From Dicyema japonicum (Eukaryota; Animalia; Dicyemida), in NCBI GenBank assembly GCA_011109175.1, contig RDEW01000009.1, positions 981,652-1,045,651 on the forward strand: 64,000 bases of DNA, read 5' to 3'. The position numbers and the translations under genes were made by a program. Of this stretch, positions 1 to 12,800 are shown one piece after another; within the stretch, counting starts at the first letter, position 1; each line of letters starts with the position of its first letter. The notes under the pieces are model-generated. The model worked only from the letters and a program-made list of their open reading frames with translations, did not search any database and was not told the origin of the DNA.

Positions 1-1240
1 AATTATAACAGCTACCATAACAAACGCAGATTTGATTTACTCCAAATTTCGTTAACGTCGACTCACATTATTTAGAACCCCAGGATCAGCGATAAAGAAA
101 GACAAAAAAACGTCACGGTTAGGTAATCCAAGTTCCCTCAATCAATCGAGGCATCCAACGTCTATGGTCTCCCATTGTTCCCACTATGTTATATTGTTCT
201 CACTATGTTATGAAATAACTTTCAGAGAATCATAGTTAACAAAATTAACACACTTAATATTCCTGGTAAAGTCGTTGTGAATAATTATCAGATAAAAAAG
301 GTGTTCTTAGTGTACACATGTTCTTCGTGAACAAGGGTACGCTTATTATTTTGAAAAAATCTGTCTTATACTATATTATTATGCCATTATTACGATTTCC
401 ACATGCACATGCACATTCTCCTAATTATAATTCTTATTATTGACTTCTAATAGTATTTATCTACGACCAGTAGTTTCATCAGTTCGGCAGGGTACTCTTC
501 CTTCGTTCCCATCCGTAATGGACTGTGTTGTAACTCTTTTCAAGAATATGTTTCTTCTGAGATCTTTTTGATTCCATACTATCATCCCGAAGGGGAAGTA
601 CTGGAGGAGTTGATTTGTCTAGCTGAACATCGCATAGACCTTTTATCTCAATCTGTGGTCGCCTGCTTCATCTATCCAGTTGAATTCTTGTGAATCCGCT
701 GCTTTCTGGAACTATTTCTGATTTTGGTCGCAAATTACCATTTTTGTAAATGTAAAGGCGATGGGGAAAAAGTAGCAGAATTCATATTATACAGTCAGTA
801 AAGTTTTCCACAGGAATGATTTCTTGTCAATATTGTGAATTTATCCGCCGATTTGTGACCATTAATGCTGGATGTAGTAGTTAAGGAGTTTTGAAGTAGG
901 AGGTCCCTTTTTTAAATTGGATCTTTCCAACACAGAAGAGATTAATTCATCAGAAGAGATTTACTGTGACTTCGGATACCTAATTGAGTGGATATTTGTC
1001 CTCCTTCAGTTCATCGAAAAATTTGCAATTTTGTCCAGACTTGGAGATCCTCAGGACTGGCGTTGGTTCTGTGGACGTCTTGGAATTTCCATCGTTCGTT
1101 GAAATCCTCACTATCTATTGATAGTTTGTCTCTGAGTTGTTCTTTTGTCATACAAATAAATTCTTATTTGATTTACTTAAACTAATAAGTAATTTTAGAC
1201 ATAATTTGATGATCATTTCCACAACTATATTGTTTTTCAA

Positions 1241-1450
1241 CGGATGGGCAGTGTAATAAGTTCCGGACCAAAATTCAGCTGGTTACAGAGTCGAATCTCG
1301 CTGCTGTCCATTTGGTGAAGGTTCCACATATCTATGATACCTCTGGGTTGAAAGTGACGCTGTCATCATCGACTTATCACTGCCGAACGGGATTGTCTTG
1401 TGGCACTTACATAAACAAAAACGAAAGGAACAAAAAAATCGAGAACATTT
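1241..1450 (+). mobile_element. tRNA-derived SINE family 1, diverged copy
   Basis: Shares the body gtcgaatctcgctgctgtcca...gaaggttccac...gtgacgctgtcatc...ggattgtc with the copies at 18534-18768 (-) and 50791-51020 (+). Confidence 0.6.
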
Positions 1451-2290
1451 TCGATGTCTTGGATTTTTAGCATAACTGCTCCTACTTTTTAAATAAAATG
1501 TAAGTTCTGCCTATGTAAGGGAAACATCACTACTCTCTTCTCTGAAAGGGATGTTATATTAACCCCTTCTTACAAAAGAACAAGTTCCCTTTATTGTTTT
1601 TAAACAGAGATTTTTTTCAACAAATGTTAGATCACGTGTAACACTGTAACTCTAATTACAATACTAATCACATTAAGTATCCAGTATGTCTTGTCTAGTT
1701 ATTCCACAAATTTATGTGAATTTTTTCTATATTATTTTTAGTTTCCCTATTTACCATTCGATAACTGAATTCTAGAGATGACCGAAAATCCAACAATGAA
1801 TAAGGAGATTGGGTGAGCTTATAAAACGATATGGGTAACTGTTACTATAGCGACAAGATCGATACCGAATTTTCTAGTCATTTTTAGCACGACCGNTAGA
1901 TCATATCCATCTCACACACCTGAGTAACACGTGTGTCTTACCGAGCCAAAATAATTGTCCAAAATCTCGACAAATCTGTGAAGCAGATCCAAAGTCATCA
2001 TTGCGTTGTCTTCAGAATCAACGAGGGCGCAGAAATATACACTTGCATATCTCTAGTAGATATTGTAAGGATTACCTTCGGAAAACGATTGTATATTCGC
2101 CGAATTCTATGAAATTCCAGTCTGGATCGACTTCCAATGTGAGTCTAACGACTTCTTTTATGAGCCGTTGTTTCTCAGAGTGAGAATACGAAAAAAAACA
2201 CTTTTGGAGACGGATATGTCCCTGACGATTAAATAGCACAACAAGACGCATCCTGCATTTTTTAAATTATTATTTTTTTAATTAAATAAA

Positions 2291-2878
2291 TTAATCTCAG
2301 ATACACAGAGAAAAAAATTAAAGTAAACAACTATAAAGTGCATCCAGTTCCCACTTCTACAGATAGAGTCCATCCGGAATCAGCATGAAGGGTAAAAGCC
2401 GTCCATTACTTGCAGTTGTGGAAACCCCTTAAGTGAAGTGGGAGAGGGAAAATTATCTTTTTTCGTTCCAGCCTGGCATTGACCGCCACAAGACAGGTGA
2501 GTCACATGAAGCCACTCTAATAGGAAGAGAAAGGAGGAACAGACAAAACAAAAAGAAAACTTCAACCAATTAGCCACGTATCACCANAGAAAAAAATTAA
2601 AGTAAACAACTATAAAGTGTATCCAGTTTCCACTTCTACAGATAGAGTCCATCCGGAATCAGCATGAAGGGTAAAAGGCGTCCATTACTTGCAGTTGTGG
2701 AAGCCCCTCAAGTGAAGTGGGGGAGGGAAAATTATCTTTTTTCGTGGCAGCCTGGCACTGACCACCAAAAGACAGGTAAATCACATGAAGCCATTCTAAT
2801 AGGAAGAGAAAGGAGGAACAGACAAAACAAAAAGAAAACTTCAACCAATTAGCCAGGTATCACCACATGGCGCCATTT
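2291..2878. repeat. Two tandem ~285-bp copies of interspersed repeat family B, joined at an N (2587)
   Basis: Near-identical units (agaaaaaaattaaagtaaacaactataaag...ttcaaccaattagcca). Reverse-complement homologues lie at 9024-9335 and 50041-50243. Confidence 0.85.
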
Positions 2879-3337
2879 GATTAGTATATTTAAAATATTC
2901 AAATTCTTGTAATTTTAATATAGATTTTTATATTATAAAAATAATCCAGATTAAAAAAATAAAATTATGCAGATTTTCAAAAAACTCTGCTGAATTATTT
3001 AAATATTGTTTCATGAACTTAGCATCATGGATGTGTCTAGAAAGTAGAGGATTTCTATATGAGAGACACCACAACGTGAAGGACATTATTACCAGAAACA
3101 ATACATGGTAGTTCACCCATCTTCAAGTTNAGTAAAATTTGTGTCTAATTTTAGGATACTGAATAAACTGAAATCCTACTCAAGACGTGAATCTACTGCG
3201 GTCTGACGGGGATTCAAAAGAGTGGTAGTTTATGATTTTACTTGATATTTCCGTACTCAGATTTGCATTTAATATTTCCGTACACAGATTTTTAACCTAT
3301 TTTTAATTATTTAATGCCTTTGGCGATAATTAATAAA

Positions 3338-5631
3338 ATGCTGCTTATTTTGCTGATTTCAAATATACAATCTCGTATAGCCCAGAATTTTATTGATAAT
3401 CTTTGTTGGATAAATTCAGAACAGTATTAATGACGTTTTGTTAGTAATTTAACTAATTTAAAGGTATTAAATTACTAGTTATGATTTTTTCATTGAATAC
3501 AATTTAATTCTTTTGTTTCTAAATCAGGTAAAAATTTAACAAATTCATTATATAAGGTTTTAACAAAACTGATGAAGATTTTGTTTTAACAATTATGCAA
3601 AAAACAACTGAAAAATCAAATAATCCAAGAAAAATAGAATTACTAGAAAATCTAACAAAAGAAAAACGAAAATGATTTCATGAATAAATTTTCTGCTATA
3701 ATTGGTTTAATTTTAAAATTACATCAAGAAACTATACGAGAAGTTACATTAATGCCTTCACCAACGCCTACAACAACGCCTACAACAACGCCTACATCAA
3801 CAACTACACCAACATCTACACCAACATCAACTCACCAACACCTTCACCAACATCAACACCAACACTCACACAACTACACCACAACATACCACAACACACC
3901 GACAACTACACCAACACTTTCACCAACAACTACACAAACATCTAAACCAACATCAACACCAACAACTCCACCAACATCAACACCAACAACTACACCAACA
4001 CCTTCACCAACAACTACACCAAAAAGTGAATTAAATGAGGACTATTTTGAAGTTAGTATTTTAATAATTTTAAGATTATTAGACAACTCAATAATGAGTC
4101 ATTATCTTTAAAAATTAATGAGAAATTATCAATTATCGAAAGATAAACCAACAAAACATTCAAAGAAACTCTCGGGGATATTACTTGGATCGATCAAATG
4201 GATTTAAAATCAGGATCTACTATTTCCACCGATTCAATTGTAGTTAATATACATCATAATGAAACAAAGGGAGACGGTATGGCAGGATAACTATCTTTAG
4301 CTCGTATTTTAGTTATTAAAAATAATGAAACAATTATCGATGGTAAAGAAACCAAACAAATCGATAGAGTGGTGTCAATAATTTTTAATAATGAAAATAA
4401 TAACACCGAGAGTAAAATCACTAAAGTGACTATTTTTTTCCAAGATATTATTCAGAAAATGCGGTATAACTATGTATGTGTTTATTGGAATAACGGATTA
4501 TGGGATAATGAAACTATGAAAACGGAAATTAGTTCAAATGACAGTGTAACATGCACTACTGAACATCTTACTAGCTTTTCAGTCTTATTCGTAATTTTTC
4601 ATATAAATTTAGAATTCCAGAAAAGGTCAATTAAATTCTAAAAAGACAGCAACCTCATATATCACCATTATTGGATTATCTATATCAGAAATTTCAATCA
4701 TTATTTCATTTATTATTTTCTTTAGTCAATTCAAGTTATATTTACTTAGTTTAGACTTTTAATTAAATCTCAGATTCAGTTGACGTTGATTAACCTTGAA
4801 ATATCAATTTTCATAACAAATACTGTTTTTATATTCGGAATTTTCTCAGGATTTGAAAAATCTTTTATTCAATGTGTCACTGTTGGAGCACTATTACATT
4901 ATGGGCTACTAACTCAGTTTTTCTGGATGCTTTCCCAGACTATAATTCATTATATAAAATTCATCAAAGTTATTGGCATGAACATAAATAATTTGATTTT
5001 AAAGATTCTTACAATTAACTGGGGTTACTCTTTCTCATAATTTGCAGGAATACCTCTGTTAGTAGTTATTATCATATGTGCAGTTTCAAAAATGCGTATT
5101 ATTCGGATAACAAGTAAATGTTGATTCAATATTTAAGATATATGTTGCATGGAACTGCATTCTACTTGAGCCTGTTAGTTCCATGTGCAGTTATTTTTTT
5201 AATTATCACAATTTTATACTTTTACATTTTCTACAAATTCATTTATTACAAAATAAAACTAAAATCAATCAATTAAAAAAATCAACAAATTCAATATTAA
5301 TTTTCTTATTCTTTCTATCGGGTTTATATTTTTTATTTTTGCAGGAATTAACTGGTTCTTGGCCTTTTTCCTTGAATTTGATGAATTTAAAATAATCGAA
5401 TACATCTTCTGTATTTTAGTGTGTCCACAGGGCTTAATTATTCTAATATTGAATATTCACAATAAACGCAAAATGTCTAGCAGATTCCGACCGCACTATG
5501 GTAAGAAATACACGAGCAAAAAAACAACAACTACACTGTCAAGTTCCCCAATGACTACACCAATGCCCACACTCACGTTTATAGAATTAGTTATTGTAAG
5601 ACGATTTTGTAGGTATTTTAACAATAATTGA
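3338..5631 (+). CDS. Adhesion GPCR: signal peptide, Thr/Pro mucin stalk, GAIN/GPS, 7TM; frameshifted in this assembly
   Basis: MLLILLISNIQS start and a PTTTP tract at 3755-4022. GPS motif CVYWNNGLWD...CTTEHLTSFSVL at ~4470-4590. Downstream hydrophobic helices include CVTVGALLHYGLLTQFFWML and YIFCILVCPQGLIILIL. Short introns are present (e.g. gtaatttttcatataaatttag). Confidence 0.85.
3755..4022 (+). repeat. Low-complexity ACA/CCA repeat encoding the Thr/Pro mucin-like stalk
   Basis: Repeated acaccaacatca/acaactacacca units. Confidence 0.9.
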
Positions 5632-5658
5632 CTTTTACAATCATTATATTAACTTGCT

Positions 5659-7110
5659 TTAAAACGTGTTAACCTTTGTAGAGTTGTGCATGTACATTTC
5701 AGCATGAAAGAATAAAGCGAGGTTTCTTAAGAAGAGTACTCCTCTGCTACCTCTCAACTTTAAAATTGGCATGCCGTGGGGACATCTCAGATAGAGAATA
5801 AGAATTACAATGTCGTCGGCATAAGTCAGAATAATATCATTTTCGGCGTCCGGTGTGGAGGGATCCTTCATGAATAGTAATAATGACAAAGGGGATCCTT
5901 AAGAACATCATTAGATAGAAGCCGAAAAATAGATCTTGAATGGACATTGCAGACGCGTCCCCTACGACCACTAACGAAATTAGCTAACCAGATCTTTAAC
6001 TTTCCAGGGATCTTTGATGGTAAATTTTCCTAGGAAGAATCCTCCTTGACACAGAGTCAAAAGCTTTGTGGACGTCTATGGAGCAAAGTACAATTTTCAT
6101 GTTTCCCGACCTGTACGAGAAACCATATCGTATAAAGCTAGTCAATGCAGATAAGTGCGTCGAAATAGACCTCTCCTTTTTAAAACCATGTTGAAATGAC
6201 GAGTCCGGGAAGATATTTTTGATTTTCGCAAGAACCAGCCTCTCCAGAATTTTCGACACCGAACACAATAACGCGACCGGCCTGTGTGAAGCTGGGTCCT
6301 TCTTCACTTTACTGGGTTCAAAATTGGACGTAGGTGGGAAGCTTCCATAAGGCTTGAATATAATTTTTGTTAATAGAGTGGTTGAATATCCTCGTTAATG
6401 AAGCGATTCCATAATCATCAAGATTCTTTTGGAGGATCATTGAGATCTTATTAGGTCTGTTAAAATAAGTTGTTTTAATTGTTATCAATTCATTTCTCAT
6501 CTCTTTTTCAGTAAAGTACATCATATCAGGTTCCTTTTTTCGGTTTAATGAGATATAAAGGGGGTATATCCGACTTTTAAGGTCCTTGTGATGATATTTC
6601 ACGTAATATTTTGAAATTATTCAAATCCTTTTGCTTTGATCCACCTCAGATGATCCTTCATCCTCTCTTGAGACGTCAGCATTGGATCTATTTCCATTTA
6701 GAGAAGAGTGCACATGCTTCTATCTTTATTTTTGCTTTAATCTACCTGTTTTTTAATTCACTATTCAAAATGCTCATTCTAAGCTTATCATCAATAATTA
6801 ATTAGGAAATTTTTTGAGTTCTTTTCTTGATTGATGCTGACCTGCCATATTCCCTGGCCTAGTTAAGGTGGTGTTTGGGTACAGATAGTGATTCCGCATC
6901 CAAGATAGTGCGGTTTACATAAGCAACTACTTTGTCTATGGAAGTAATGCCATCCAGATACTGCAGTAGATTGTCAGTAAGTGTACGGTAAGGTCTCCAG
7001 TCTGCACGTTTGTAGTTGAATTTTCTGGGAAACTCCTAGTTAAAGTATCTCTGTTGATCTCAGAAGAATGGCATTGTGGTCGCTTCTTAAGTTGTAAGCC
7101 ATTTATTTCT
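5659..7110 (-). mobile_element. Degraded APE-type LINE ORF2 (endonuclease end plus RT)
   Basis: SDHNAIL-like EN end at ~7090. RT motifs HRPVALLCSVSKILERLV, FQHGFKKERS, SIDVHKAFDSV, QGSPLS and TYADD, all with stops or frameshifts. Confidence 0.85.
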
Positions 7111-7896
7111 TATGCATAACAACGAGTCATTAATTTCTTATGCATTCGATATGAATTCGATTCTAAATATGTTGCTAATATAAAACTTGTGGAAAGGATG
7201 ATCCGTAGGTTCGACGGCATTTCGATTTTGAATAATCTATGGATAAAAAAAAACAATTTTTAACGTTTTAAAATCTGATGAATATTGGTCTTTTAGACTT
7301 GTTCGTAAGATTCTTAAAATTTTTAAATACTGATTTTTTAAAATTTTTTGGAAAAAAATTTATTAACAAAAATAATCAAGCCTTTGCCAATGGATTGCGA
7401 TTACGTTTCTACTTAATACGCCAATCCTGAATCGTTGTCTAAAACAGAACGATTCCCGGAGTTCTCTTTTCGGTTCACTAGTCTGAAAGATCCTAATGCC
7501 ATCCAGGGGCTCCCGACATTTTTATGGTTACTGGTGTGAATCGTTATCGGTCTCTAATGGGCGAGTAATTCTTGATCTTGGCCAATTCTGTTGCATTGGC
7601 CGCAGATCCAGGATTCTGAGCAGATCTCAGAAGGAGCGAAGTCGAGAAGGTATCCACACAAGTTAAATAACAGAGCTATGATGTTCCGTGTAAATAAGAA
7701 AAGTATCATTCCATCTGGCCTCTGTCATTCCAGAACTCGCGTTCTAAGAATTATTAACTGGTATGCTAATAATTCTTTAATATTGTAAAATTTTAAGATT
7801 TTTTAATAAAAACCTCATCTCTAACATCTGAGTGATCAGAGAACTTATATGGGAAGCCAAACAGAGCATATTCTAACGTACTGAGTAGCGTGCGTC

Positions 7897-8115
7897 ATCC
7901 ATCGTATGGTAAAAGAATATCCAAACGAGCTTAGGGATATTGAGTTGTGCTACAAAAAGGAAAATGAGCGAAGGTATTTTTCAAATTTATGTATAGGTTT
8001 AATTTTCTGATGGAAAAAGATCGGTCTTAATGTCAAGACTTAAAAATATTTTTTTTTATTATTTGAAATAAATTCTTTGTTAAATCTAGCAATTATCTAG
8101 TTACCATGGAAACAC
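7897..8115 (+). repeat. ~220-bp near-identical inverted copy of 17944-18167 (end of LINE ORF1 plus flank)
   Basis: atccatcgtatggtaaaagaatatccaaacgagc...ttaccatggaaacac is the reverse complement of 17944-18167. Confidence 0.85.
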
Positions 8116-8296
8116 GTAAAAAACAGGTTGACAATAGGCATCAAGCCACCCATATAACTGTTCTTACTTAAATAAAGTGTATCTCATGTCTGAGAGGAGC
8201 TAAGCTAATATGGCCATTGTTAATGTGGAGTATTTTTTTGAAGAAACCAAATTATTACCCATTAAAACACCAGAATTAATCATTGAATACATCATT

Positions 8297-8970
8297 TTAA
8301 TCTGCTGGCTTCATTTGTCCTTAAAATAACCATTAATTTAACCATCCTCATTAGCGAGCACAAAACTTCCTTCAAATAATAATTAATTAAACCATTTGGA
8401 AATAGCAGCATTGTGGGTCCTTAAAATAACCATAAATTTAACCATCTATAAAAGAGACCAGATAAGTTCCTTTAAATAATAATTAATTAGACCATTTGGA
8501 AATTGTTGGCACTTTATTCTTTAAAATAATAATTAATTAAACCACGTGAATGTGTTGAAGATGTTCGCTTCGTTGGTTCTTAAATAATCATAGATTTAAC
8601 CATTTGAATATGGCGGTATTGTTAGTCCTTAAATAATCACTAATTAAACCACGTGAATATGAATCAAAATATTCTTAATTACCTCACTGGAAACAGGGTC
8701 AATTAAGCGTCCTCAAATATAATTTTAGATATAACCATTTGATAATATTTTCCTTACCACCTCCAATTCAACGTTTAAAATAGATTCTTAAAATAATCAT
8801 TAATCGAACCATTTATATATGGTCGTGTCGTTGGTTTTTTAAATAATTATTTATAAACTTTTTGTAGTCATTTCAGACTCAACCTCATCCTCTGTTTGTC
8901 CGAAACCAAAAGTTATTAATATTTTACTTGTGTATTTGGTTAAAAATAAAATACAGCAAACGATTGTCAT
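8297..8970 (-). CDS. Micro-exon gene: 11 exons, 10 introns of 22-24 nt, ~148-aa putatively secreted protein with 9-aa Gly-turn repeats
   Basis: Exons 8970-8859, 8836-8810, 8786-8736, 8711-8650, 8627-8601, 8578-8543, 8518-8493, 8469-8443, 8419-8393, 8369-8343, 8319-8297. Intron consensus GTTWAATTAATKRTTATTTWAAG; all introns phase 1. Spliced C-terminus ...IKCQQFPNGTYLVSFIDGPTMLLFPNGSFVLANEDGQMKPAD*. Three 1-nt fixes are needed for a fully open frame. Confidence 0.72.
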
Positions 8971-9023
8971 TTGAATGACCAAAATCATTTGATTATATAT
9001 ATAAAAAAATCTGATTCCGCCAA

Positions 9024-9335
9024 TGTGGCGCCATGTTTTGATATGTGGCGACTTGATTTAAGATTTCAGTTTGTTTGTCTATTATTCCTCTTCCCTTTCC
9101 TACTAGAGTGCCGTCATGTGATCCACCTGTCCCAGGCTGGCACAAAAATGATCCCCCACTCCATTGGAGAGGTTTCCACAACTGCAAGGAATGTAGGTCT
9201 ATTACCTTTTATGCTGGTTCCGGATGATGGACTCGTGTGATGTTGAAGGACTCAGTTTCTGTAAGAGTGGAAACTGGATACACTTAATTAGTTGTTTACC
9301 GTGTCTTCTTTCTGGTATATCCGGGGTTAATAAAG
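9024..9335. repeat. Interspersed repeat family B copy
   Basis: Core cccccactccattggagaggtttccacaactgc...tccggatg...gtggaaactggatacac is the reverse complement of the 2291-2878 units. Confidence 0.8.
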
Positions 9336-11094
9336 AGTTAGAATTCCCTTGTGAAACATATAGAGAAATTAGATCCTTTAAATTTTATCGGTCAACAGCG
9401 GAAATAAGACTTGGATGTATTCAAGGGTTATACGACTAGAGGTGTGGGCTGATGGTAATATAGAAAGTCGTGAATAGCTTATTGATTGACAATAAAAGTA
9501 GAAATGACTAGCGAATTGAATACGTGAGCAAAGTACACTAAAATTACCTTTAAAAATTTGTTATACGAATCTATTCTGAAGACAATTCCGTCACAATTTC
9601 TAATGATATTAAACACAAAATATAAGGGACAGATCGGAAGCAATTAAAGGAAAAATATAGATATTGTGTATCAGAAGTTGGAAAAGTAAAAAATTTGATC
9701 TAATAAAATAAAAAGTTGACCTAAATGAAAGGTTAATTTAACTTGTACAACACAAAATTAGATAATATTTTACATTTTCAGATTGGAAATAATCTCTGGA
9801 ATTCCATTAACAATGATTGCTCAAACAGAGAAGTTACTACTTCAGTTGATTCCGTAATTGCTAATTTTAAAATAACATTCTTTAGATATTGCAAAAATTT
9901 GTGATTCAATTTCCTTCAAAATATTTGTTAATAGATAATATTCTTGGCTTGTGTCTATTTTTATGGAGTAGTGGATTATTCCTGTAATAAAGATTCCCTT
10001 CTAGAGCATAGTGATAATCTGTGTTAAATATTTAGTAGTTACTATCTAACCAGCTACAATGGGATAACCAATTTCTTTAAATAATTTATTTTTGACCACA
10101 AGTGCCTTGATAGATGATATTAATTTATCCACCTCAGGATAATAAAATTTATAAAGGAAAACATGTAAAAAATAACGCACGTACCATTAATTTTATTTAG
10201 TTGGTGTTAAGGACAACCGGAAGGGTTATTCTTAATTGAGACTACAAATTCATTGTAGACTCAAAGGCGTTCCTGCTCAGATAATTTTGTTGTCATCCTG
10301 ATCTACTTCATTCTGCGGATAGCCGTTTCTGTTTTTCAATGTCAGCTTCATCCCCGAGTAACGAACCTAGTGCTTTCAGTTTTTTATATTTATTAAAATA
10401 GTAGACGTAAAAATAGGAGAATGGAGAAAAAAAATTTCAAAATAAGTCGATATTAGACATTGTTTTGGTTGAGGTGTTACAAATGTCTTTGTCATGTTTG
10501 ACATCTACCAACTCGTTCTCTCTCAGCACCATAAGTGGCAGATTCGTGACAAAGAAGCAATACAGAGACTAATTGAAGTGTCAAAATAATTTCAACAAAG
10601 TGTGAAAAAATATTACCAATGAAACTGGAGTGTGTAAAAACCTCTCCTATGAGTTTTTATGGAATCGAAAAAAGGAAATAAATATTCAAATGACCATTTT
10701 CATTGTTGTTGTTCTTCAAATGACAAATCAATTCCTTTGATGGGCGAGAAATTTTAAAAATCACTGATTTCAACTATTGAAGGTTAATGTGTATAAAATC
10801 TGACATACACGAACAAAAGACACACTAAATTAATAATTTATATAAAGTGATCCCTCAATAATCCCAACGAAAAAAATTCGATGACTTTTGAATTGTTAAG
10901 AAATTATTTATTACAGATAAAATAAAAGAGACTGAGGCTGTTAGATGATCCCGGCCTCCTTAAGAAGCCGCCTCATCCTTTCTCGGTGCTCCTCCCGAGA
11001 GTCGAGACATTTCCTGTTTGGATAAATAACTTTTTAGAAGTCTTGAGGATTTTTGTAGGGTTCTCGTTACTAACTCGATATTAATTTATCCATC

Positions 11095-11240
11095 TGGCGT
11101 GTGAGACCACTGGACGATGAGAACACCATTTAACCTATGGTACCTGGACGACGTGACCGTCTGAGGTAATTGGAAACAGTGGTGGCGGAAGTCGAGTACG
11201 CCATATCTGCACTTGGGTTTAAACCGAACCCGTAAAATGT
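11095..11240 (+). mobile_element. CRE-like (RLE-type) retrotransposon RT fragment
   Basis: PFNLWYLDDVTV...LETVVAE...LGLN.NP.KC, typical of the CRE-clade RT around the YLDD motif. Confidence 0.5.
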
Positions 11241-12135
11241 AAAATTATAAACTTTGCTCGCGGAAAGAAAGACTTCTGCCATGCAGTGGCCGCAATTTCT
11301 ACTTATCTCCGCAATGTCTCGGTCACCTAACTCGAATATACAATTTTTATTGGCTCTCCTCTATACTGCAATAATGCTTCAGCTCTCCTGGAGGAAAAAA
11401 TACATAACTCCAACATTTCACATCAAATATATAAACCCAAGACTCCCACATGTCTTTATTCTTCTCAGGAATTTTCACCTTCCTTATGAATTACCACGAT
11501 ATTTTTTCTCATACGGACAGCCCCATGTTTCGCAGACATGAACTTTCTGAGAGCCACCGACGAGAAGCTGAGGACAGCCGTTGAAGAAACTCTCAGCATT
11601 TATTTGATAAAACTGGCTGGATTCAATGCAAACTACTCTTTGCTACGGAGGAATCGGAATACACTCACCATTAGAACTCGCCCTCCCGGCCTTCCTTTCT
11701 TCGACATATGCTTCCAGTGGTCTCACATTTTAGATCCTACGCTACATTAATCATCGGACCCTGATCCAGTGGTATGCCGCACGTGTGGAAATATAACAAT
11801 TTTGTTTCTACGATAGTTGCCTATAATAATGTCGTTTTTCAACATCTAACAATGCTAATGATTATTTTTAAATATTCATTATTTTAATCGACGCGAATCT
11901 CAATTTCTTATTGAATTTTTATTTTTCAGTGGAAAAAAGTCATAGCAATATTCTGTTTTTAACTATTTTTGTTTTTATTACGCTCCAACATTAATTATTA
12001 ACATTCATTTACATTAATACATTTCCAATTTGTTTCATACATACTAGATTATGTATGCTAGATTGACGAGTAACAAAGTCCGAATTTAAAAGAAAAGACC
12101 GTCCATTTAAAATCAGACCATGTAGAACGAGGACC

Positions 12136-12800
12136 TCAAGATAGTAGAGGATATATAATGGTCTCAAAAACGTAAATATTCCAATCAATTATAAACACTA
12201 TTATGAGATATAATCGATTTGGTATTCCACCCATGTCAGAAGCAACAACACAAATTACAAGAACTTCTCCATCTTTACTCGTACGAAACGTTGCCAAACA
12301 GCCTCGGACAACTGGAAAAGAAGTATATAAATATTTAAAAATGTTAGGCACGATTGCATATCTACGAACAATAACAAAGCCAATTACATGGATGTCTGTA
12401 TAAACTCACCACAAAATATGTAGAAGGGTAAATTTATGCTGACACGTTTGATGCCGGCATGGAATAAGGGACACTGCCAATGTGGAAAAGAGAAAACCTT
12501 GAATCCAGGCATCAAAGCCAACTAAATGATACCAACTTCTGGAAATTCTCAGACTCCCAGCGATCCCATCGTCTTCTGGAAGTGTCTTTTCGAATTTCTG
12601 AAGAGAAACTCGATGAAGTGTCCTTTCAGGATTCCCCACAAGTATAACTTTTTCCCAAATGGATTTCCTAGTTGTTCGCAGAAACCCAAGAATCTCCGGC
12701 CATTGTTCTGGTCGATTCTTCCGAGAGTACCTTTCATATAAGAAAAGAAGACGCATGGTTTTCCACTGAAGTGAGTTAATTGCAGTTCAGACGACACCCT
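12136..12800 (-). CDS. Uncharacterised protein fragment with a WYHLVGFDA motif (left-arm copy)
   Basis: ORF 12406-12756 contains SWYHLVGFDAWIQGFLFSTL. The motif is shared with 24827-24853 mainly through synonymous changes. Confidence 0.35.

Noticed and set aside
470-1160. Possible minus-strand gene fragment (MTKEQLRDKLSIDSEDF...PPVLPLRDDS)
   Set aside because: Protein-like stretches are broken by stops and no homology was recognised.
2291-2878. Genuine tandem duplication of repeat B
   Set aside because: The two units meet exactly at an N (2587), typical of unmerged overlapping contig ends. Not counted as biological without read support.
3830-3885. His/Gln-rich tract (HQHLHQHQHQHSH) in ORF 3680-4111
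   Set aside because: It is the alternative frame of the ACA/CCA Thr/Pro repeat, so most likely a local frameshift artefact.
8318-8860. CRISPR array (conserved ~25-nt repeats with unique 22-32 nt spacers)
   Set aside because: The context is eukaryotic with no cas genes. The repeats are GT-AG introns on the minus strand and the spacers splice into a coherent frame.
9500-10380. Possible minus-strand membrane-protein gene with short introns
   Set aside because: Some intron-like segments and hydrophobic stretches are present, but I could not build a consistent frame or recognise a family.
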